DNA of 64,000 bases, from assembly GCA_965219445.1 (NCBI GenBank), contig CBDCNQ010000002.1, positions 480,001 through 544,000 of the forward strand. The letters are read 5' to 3'. A model generated the notes under the pieces. That model made no database searches. It was not told the origin of the DNA and saw only the letters and a program-made list of their open reading frames with translations. The position numbers and the translations under genes are program-made. Each line of letters begins with the position of its first letter. The first letter of the stretch is position 1. This document shows, piece by piece, positions 58,629 to 64,000 of the stretch. Origin of the DNA: Longimicrobiales bacterium (GTDB taxonomy: Bacteria > Gemmatimonadota > Gemmatimonadetes > Longimicrobiales > Gaopeijiaceae).

Positions 58629-58787
58629 GGGAGCCCCACCTGGGCTAAAATGTGCCCAAGAAGGGAAAAGAATACCCATGGTAGCGGCGAATTCGACGGG
58701 CACTCGGCAAGCTTTACGCTGGATCTTACGAGTGATACAGTCTCGGGGCAGGACTTTCAATGCAATCAACGACGGTAGGAGGGGGTC

Positions 58788-59165
58788 ATGCGGGCTCTCG
58801 GCGTAGTCATGGCAGCGGTCGCGGTCCTCGTTTCGGCACCGGCCGATGCAGCGGCCCAGGCCGATTTGACTGGGACGTGGGACCTCACCGTGATGACCGA
58901 GCAGGGTAACGAAGTACTTTCGGTCGACATCGTCCAAAACGGTCAAGACCTGACCGCTACTGGCGATGCGGGCGAGTTCGGCGAGATAGAGCTGAAGGGT
59001 ACCCTCGACGGGGCCACCGTTCGCTTCGCGTGGCAACTGGACCTCCAAGGGACTCCGTTGGAGATCGTCTTCTTGGGCACCCTCGCGGATGGCGCGATTT
59101 CCGGAACGGCGGACTTCGGAGGTATGGGCCGGGCAGACTGGGTCGCCGAACGTGCGCAGGACTAA
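58788..59165 (+). CDS. Small secreted beta-rich hypothetical protein
   Basis: AGGAGG RBS; signal peptide AAAQ; ADLTGTW...W.AER. Confidence 0.8.
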   Translation: MRALGVVMAAVAVLVSAPADAAAQADLTGTWDLTVMTEQGNEVLSVDIVQNGQDLTATGDAGEFGEIELKGTLDGATVRFAWQLDLQGTPLEIVFLGTLADGAISGTADFGGMGRADWVAERAQD

Positions 59166-59194
59166 CCGAACAGGCCAGACGCAGCCCGTGTCTC

Positions 59195-59225
59195 AGACGC
59201 ACGTGCGGGAATCAGACGTGCGTCT
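59195..59225. terminator. Hairpin between convergent genes
   Basis: Perfect 10-bp IR AGACGCACGT / ACGTGCGTCT overlapping the stop at 59212; no U tract. Confidence 0.35.
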
Positions 59226-61608
59226 CGAGGGGCGCATACGGCTGCGCCCTGCCCTCCAATTCCGCTAGTATCACATCCGCCGTGAGTGGCGTCCGGCACA
59301 GGCACTTTCCGCCCAGCGCATCGGAGATGGCGGAGGCGATGGCCGCTGAGCCCGCACCCACGGGCGGCTCTCCAATCCCCTTGGCTCCCACTGGAGTCTG
59401 CGGATCAGGGACTTCGACCGCGCCCCACTGCATGTCCACCGGAACGTCCAGAAATCCCGGTGGGCGGGCCGTATAAAGTCTTTTGGCGAATGAGACTCCC
59501 CAGACGGGGTCGTACACCCACTTTTGACTTCTGGCGATCCCCATGCCCTGGATCGAACCGCCTAGAATCTGGCCACCGAGGCTCCTTGGGTGCAGCATGG
59601 TCCCGCAGTCGGCCATTGCCGTATAATGTATGATCTCCACCACGCCGGTCTCGACATCCAACTCCACCTCGGCGAAGCCGACCACGAACGAACGAACGCT
59701 GCCGCTGTACGGATAGTTGTCCTTGGCGGCAGCAACCAGGCCTTGTCCGGCCAACGCCGTGGCGGACGCCTTGGTCATGTCGTTGAGCTCAGGCGCCAAC
59801 TCCTCTCCGCTGTACCTCCCACCTAGCTCGATGGCGCGGGTGGCCGCCTGGGCGAAGGTCAGGCCCCGAGCCGGGTTCGACGCGCGGAAAACGCGGCCGT
59901 CCGATGTGTCATAATCCTCTGGGGCGCCCCCGAGGTCACGAGCAGCGATCTCCTGTAGCTTCCGCTTGGCGTCCATTCCCACCGCGTGGTTCGCTCGGGT
60001 ATGGGCGAGCGTCGTCTGGCTCCCGCCTTGAGCGGAGCTCCACGGCAGGTTCCGGCTCGTGTCACCCCAGACGACTTCGCAGTCATCCCACGCCATCCCG
60101 AGGATCTCGGCGGCGACCTTCCCCGTGTCCATAACCGAGTGGGTTCCCAGGTTACCGATGCCCTGGTGGATATAGAGCTTTCCGTCCGGCCGGATCACCA
60201 AAAGCCCCTCGTACTCGCGACTTCCCGCCGAATAGGCGCTCAGGCCCATTCCCACTCCGGTGATTTTGGTGCCGTTGCGCTGACCGCTCCGCTGTAGCCT
60301 CTCCTGCCAGTCGAACAGCTCCTCACCCCGGTCCAACGCCTCCCTCACGAACGCGCTGGAGATGGTCGTGCGGTCGGGGCCGTACATGGCGTCGCTGTCG
60401 GGTGCATTGATCCGACGGATCGCGAGCCGATCGATTCCGAGCTCCCGCGCCGCCTTGTCCATGATCGGCTCGAGCATCCCCGTGATTTGAGCACCCCCCG
60501 GGCCCCGCTGGGCAGATTTCGGAGGGGTGTTCGTGAAGACGCCAACTCCCCGGTGACGCATGGCCTCAGGCTGGTAGGCGAGAGAGGCGATCTGGCCACA
60601 AGACATGTATTCACCACGTAAGTCGTAGGGGCCGCTTTCCTGAAGCACGTACAGGTCGAGCGCCGTCATACGACCGTCCGAGCGGAACCCGAACCGGGCC
60701 CGGGCCTGGAACCCGGGCCGCGCACGGCCCAAGTAGGTCTCCTCGGCGCGAGTGATCCGGAGCATGACCGGCCGGTTCAGCTTGCGGGAGAGCAGAGCCG
60801 GGACCTGCACGATGGCGCTTCCCCTAATCTTGCTTCCGAATCCACCTCCGCAGTACTCCCCGACGATGACCACGTCCTCCATGTCCAGCCCTAGACCGTC
60901 GGCAACGACGCCCCGGGTTTGGGTCACACTCTGGGTTGAGCAGTGCAGAAAGAGCCTCCCGTTTTGCCAATAGGCCATGGCGCTCCGGGGCTCCAAGGCG
61001 TGGTGCGACAGGGATTGGTGAATGATCGTCTCGTCTAAAATGAGATCCGCTTGGGAAAAGCCGGCCTCGAGGTCTCCAAAGCTCCACTCATCTCCAGGCT
61101 CACCGGTCGGAAGCCGATCCTCGCCCGCCTCTTCGAAGTCCGCCTCAGTCCATTTCACGCTGGCCATCTCACCGTTGACGACGGTGTTGCCCTCCGTACG
61201 GGCGTTGGGCCCCCCGGGACGGAGGCTGTCCAGCGGGTTCAGGACGAAGGGCAACGGCTCGTAATCGATCCGGATTCTCTCGATGGCGTCCGCGGCCGTG
61301 GTCTCGTCCACCGCGGCAAGCGCCAGGATCGCCTCACCTTCGTAGCGTGGCTCCATGGTGAGGGCCGCCTCTCCGGGCGCATCGGGCTGCGGCACCTCGT
61401 CCGCTGTCAGGATTCCCACGACTCCGTCCATGGCCAGAGCCTCACTCGTATCGATGCGGAGCACTCGGGCGTGCGGCATGGGACTGGCGAGCAGCTTGGC
61501 GAAGACCATTCCGTCCGCGCGGAAGTCCTCGGCGTACCTGGCCCGCCCCGTGATCTTGGCCACGAGGTCCAGGGGGGCGATGTCTTGTCCGACCAGCTTC
61601 TCCGCCAT
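59212..61608 (-). CDS. Xanthine dehydrogenase-family molybdopterin-binding subunit
   Basis: KITGRARYAED, SPMPHAR, GGGFGSK, AQRGPG, GAKGIGEP; GGGAGG RBS before ATG 61608. Confidence 0.9.
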   Translation of the reverse strand: MAEKLVGQDIAPLDLVAKITGRARYAEDFRADGMVFAKLLASPMPHARVLRIDTSEALAMDGVVGILTADEVPQPDAPGEAALTMEPRYEGEAILALAAVDETTAADAIERIRIDYEPLPFVLNPLDSLRPGGPNARTEGNTVVNGEMASVKWTEADFEEAGEDRLPTGEPGDEWSFGDLEAGFSQADLILDETIIHQSLSHHALEPRSAMAYWQNGRLFLHCSTQSVTQTRGVVADGLGLDMEDVVIVGEYCGGGFGSKIRGSAIVQVPALLSRKLNRPVMLRITRAEETYLGRARPGFQARARFGFRSDGRMTALDLYVLQESGPYDLRGEYMSCGQIASLAYQPEAMRHRGVGVFTNTPPKSAQRGPGGAQITGMLEPIMDKAARELGIDRLAIRRINAPDSDAMYGPDRTTISSAFVREALDRGEELFDWQERLQRSGQRNGTKITGVGMGLSAYSAGSREYEGLLVIRPDGKLYIHQGIGNLGTHSVMDTGKVAAEILGMAWDDCEVVWGDTSRNLPWSSAQGGSQTTLAHTRANHAVGMDAKRKLQEIAARDLGGAPEDYDTSDGRVFRASNPARGLTFAQAATRAIELGGRYSGEELAPELNDMTKASATALAGQGLVAAAKDNYPYSGSVRSFVVGFAEVELDVETGVVEIIHYTAMADCGTMLHPRSLGGQILGGSIQGMGIARSQKWVYDPVWGVSFAKRLYTARPPGFLDVPVDMQWGAVEVPDPQTPVGAKGIGEPPVGAGSAAIASAISDALGGKCLCRTPLTADVILAELEGRAQPYAPLETHV

Positions 61609-61910
61609 GATGGCCTCCCTTGGGCCGGCCACCGGCGCGTTCAGCTGGCTCGGCCTGTAGACGAGTCGCCCCAGGAAGAAAAACGTCACGGCCTCCGGCC
61701 GGCCGGGGCGGTCGCTTCAACCTGATGGATGATGGGCATGGGCGCAACGGTGGGGAGGGGACTTTTCGTGACCTGTCCTACCCTGGCGATGCGCTTGAGT
61801 CGGTCTTATGATGGGCGGTTGTCAGAAAAGTCGCTTTGTTCCAGATCGTCGGACTCGCGTGGGTATGCCTACCAGACCCGTCCGTTCACCGCTTTGCCAA
61901 TGAGGAAGCT

Positions 61911-63977
61911 ATGTCAACACTGACCCGTAGACTCCAGAGTCACTCGAATGGTTTCGCCCTCGTGCTCGGCGTGCTGCTGCTGGCGCCCACGCTCGGCTTC
62001 GGGCAGGAGCGCCAAAACCCGTACGGGGAGTGGCGTTACCAGAGTGGAGACGCGTGGGGCACGCGCTATTCGCCCGTCGATCAGATCGAAGCCTCCAACT
62101 TCGCCGACCTCGAAGTCGCGTGGGAGTGGCGAGCCGACAACTTCGGTCCGGTGGTCGACCAGCAATTCAAGTCCACTCCGACGTACATCGACGGACTCCT
62201 GTACACGGTGGCCGGCCAGCGCCGCACCGTGGCCGCAATAGACCCGACCACCGGCGAGACGGTGTGGACCTACCGCGAACCGAACACGGAGCGGTGGGAG
62301 CGCTCGATGCGCCAGAACTACGGAAAGGGTGTTGCCTACGGGGAGGTCGACGGAAGGGGCGTGATATTCTACACGTCTCCCGCGTTCTTCCTCCACGCTT
62401 TGGACGCGAAGACCGGTGAGCACATCCAGAACTTTGGCTCACGGGTACCGATCGAGGGCTTCCCCTCGACGGGTGTCGTGGACCTGCTAGTTCCCCTCAT
62501 CGCGGATTGGGGCCCCTGGCTCACCTACGATAGCGCATACGACCCTGCGCACGGTATCCCGCGAGAGTTGGGCTACATCACCTCCTCGTCGCCTCCCATC
62601 GTCGTGAACGGCGTGGTGGTGGTCGGCAACTCGGCCGAGCAAGGATACCTCCAGACCCGGATCGAAAACGTCCCGGGCGACATCCTCGCCTTCGACGCCC
62701 GGAGCGGTGACTTCAAGTGGAAGTTCCATGTGATTCCACGGCCGGGCGAGTTCGGTCACGAAACGTGGCTCAACGACGCATGGCAGTGGACGGGGGACGT
62801 ATCTTCGTGGGCGCCGATGTCCGCGGACGAGAATCTGGGCCTCGTCTACTTCCCTACGAATCCGCCTACGATTGACTATTTTGGCGGGTTCCGGCCCGGA
62901 GAAGGCCTGTTTGGAACGAGTGTGGTTGCGCTGGACGTTCAGACGGGCCAGCGCGTATGGCACTTCCAGACGGTCCACAACGACCAGTGGAACTACGACC
63001 TTCCGAACGTCCCAATCCTAGCCGATCTCGAAGTGGACGGGCGGGCCATTCCGGCGCTGATTCAGACGGCGAAGACGGGCATTATCTACGCGTTCAACCG
63101 GGAAACCGGGGAGCCGATCTGGCCGATCGAAGAAGTGCCGGTAGTCCAGACTGAAGTACCCGGGAACTGGACGTCGCCGACCCAACCCATGCCTACTCGG
63201 CCGGAGCCGGCCGAGGCCCTCGGGCTTGATTCCGACGACATCATCGACTTCACGCCCGAGCTGCGGCAAGAGGCGATGGAGTTGATCCGCAACTACCGCA
63301 TCGGCGGACCGTTCGTGCCCCGGCTCTTCGAGGGACACGACGCAGGCGTCGTCGCGAACATTCGTTGCTACGGCGGACTGAATATCACGAATCCCGCTAC
63401 GTTGGATCCGACAACCGGTATCTTGTACCACCCGTCCTCGAAGGGTTGCAGTGGCGGCATCGTAATCCCTGGTGCCGATGCGGATGACCCGGACAACCCA
63501 CGGACTACGGGCACGACCATTTCGGAATGGGTGGCCGGTCCGGGTGGCGGCTTGCCCCGAGTCCAGGGGCTGCCGGTCTGGAAGCCGCCCTACAACCGGC
63601 TTTCCGCGTACGACATGAACACCGGCGAGCGGCTATACTGGATTCCGATCGGGGATACCCCCGAAGACATACGGAGCCACCCGGCGCTTCGTGGAGCGGA
63701 CCTGTCGAACACGGGTGGTGGCGGTAATTCGATCCAGATGGTGTCCGGTGACCTCCTTTACGCGACGGAGGGCTCCAGCGGACCGCCGGTCCTCAACGCC
63801 TATAACAAGCTGACCGGGGAACACGTAGGCGAAATCCTACTCCCCTCCCCGGGGCAGTACGGCATGATGAGCTTCCTACACCACGATTTCCAGCACATCG
63901 TGGTGCAGGTCGGCAGTCCCGGCCGCTTGGTCGCGCTACGGCTGCCCGGTATGGATACGGGCGTAGTAGCACACTAG
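61911..63977 (+). CDS. PQQ-dependent (glucose/quinate-type) dehydrogenase, secreted
   Basis: Signal peptide; RYSPVDQI...N..DLEVAW, WHFQTVHNDQWNYD, SPTQP, KPPY..LSAYDMNTG. Confidence 0.88.
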   Translation: MSTLTRRLQSHSNGFALVLGVLLLAPTLGFGQERQNPYGEWRYQSGDAWGTRYSPVDQIEASNFADLEVAWEWRADNFGPVVDQQFKSTPTYIDGLLYTVAGQRRTVAAIDPTTGETVWTYREPNTERWERSMRQNYGKGVAYGEVDGRGVIFYTSPAFFLHALDAKTGEHIQNFGSRVPIEGFPSTGVVDLLVPLIADWGPWLTYDSAYDPAHGIPRELGYITSSSPPIVVNGVVVVGNSAEQGYLQTRIENVPGDILAFDARSGDFKWKFHVIPRPGEFGHETWLNDAWQWTGDVSSWAPMSADENLGLVYFPTNPPTIDYFGGFRPGEGLFGTSVVALDVQTGQRVWHFQTVHNDQWNYDLPNVPILADLEVDGRAIPALIQTAKTGIIYAFNRETGEPIWPIEEVPVVQTEVPGNWTSPTQPMPTRPEPAEALGLDSDDIIDFTPELRQEAMELIRNYRIGGPFVPRLFEGHDAGVVANIRCYGGLNITNPATLDPTTGILYHPSSKGCSGGIVIPGADADDPDNPRTTGTTISEWVAGPGGGLPRVQGLPVWKPPYNRLSAYDMNTGERLYWIPIGDTPEDIRSHPALRGADLSNTGGGGNSIQMVSGDLLYATEGSSGPPVLNAYNKLTGEHVGEILLPSPGQYGMMSFLHHDFQHIVVQVGSPGRLVALRLPGMDTGVVAH

Positions 63978-64000
63978 CCGACGCCGTCAGGCGGATTGGC

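Noticed and set aside
58551..58630. AT-rich tract as a replication origin
   Set aside because: No DnaA boxes or dnaA/dnaN nearby; a dif-like site fits better

Overview
High-GC bacterial chromosomal segment. The gene content suggests Gemmatimonadota (inference, not searched). Positions 1-23.1 kb hold a minus-strand housekeeping block (nuoA-N, phosphomannomutase, UPF0182, sucCD, CBS protein, ndk, yceD, rpmF, start of plsX) headed by a sigma70-like promoter and a Rex-type operator. Positions 23-41 kb hold dcd, tag, a YheT hydrolase, csp, an AI-2E transporter, arfB, a REC-PAS-PAS protein, a MoxR/DUF58/VWA operon, a degenerate GGDEF protein and lnt. Positions 41-50 kb are a susC/RCC1 locus broken by three insertion sequences. 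The main finding is an IS110/IS1111-type element (42578-44167) inserted inside the left terminal inverted repeat of an IS256 element. Its downstream non-coding region folds into a bridge/seekRNA-like structure whose loop sequences match both halves of that IS256 IR target and its own donor junction, so it looks like an RNA-guided element programmed against another IS. Positions 50-64 kb hold envelope genes, mltG, an M23 peptidase, a candidate dif site (58601-58628), a molybdopterin oxidoreductase large subunit and a PQQ dehydrogenase. No rRNA, tRNA or CRISPR array was seen. All calls are by eye, with no database searches.
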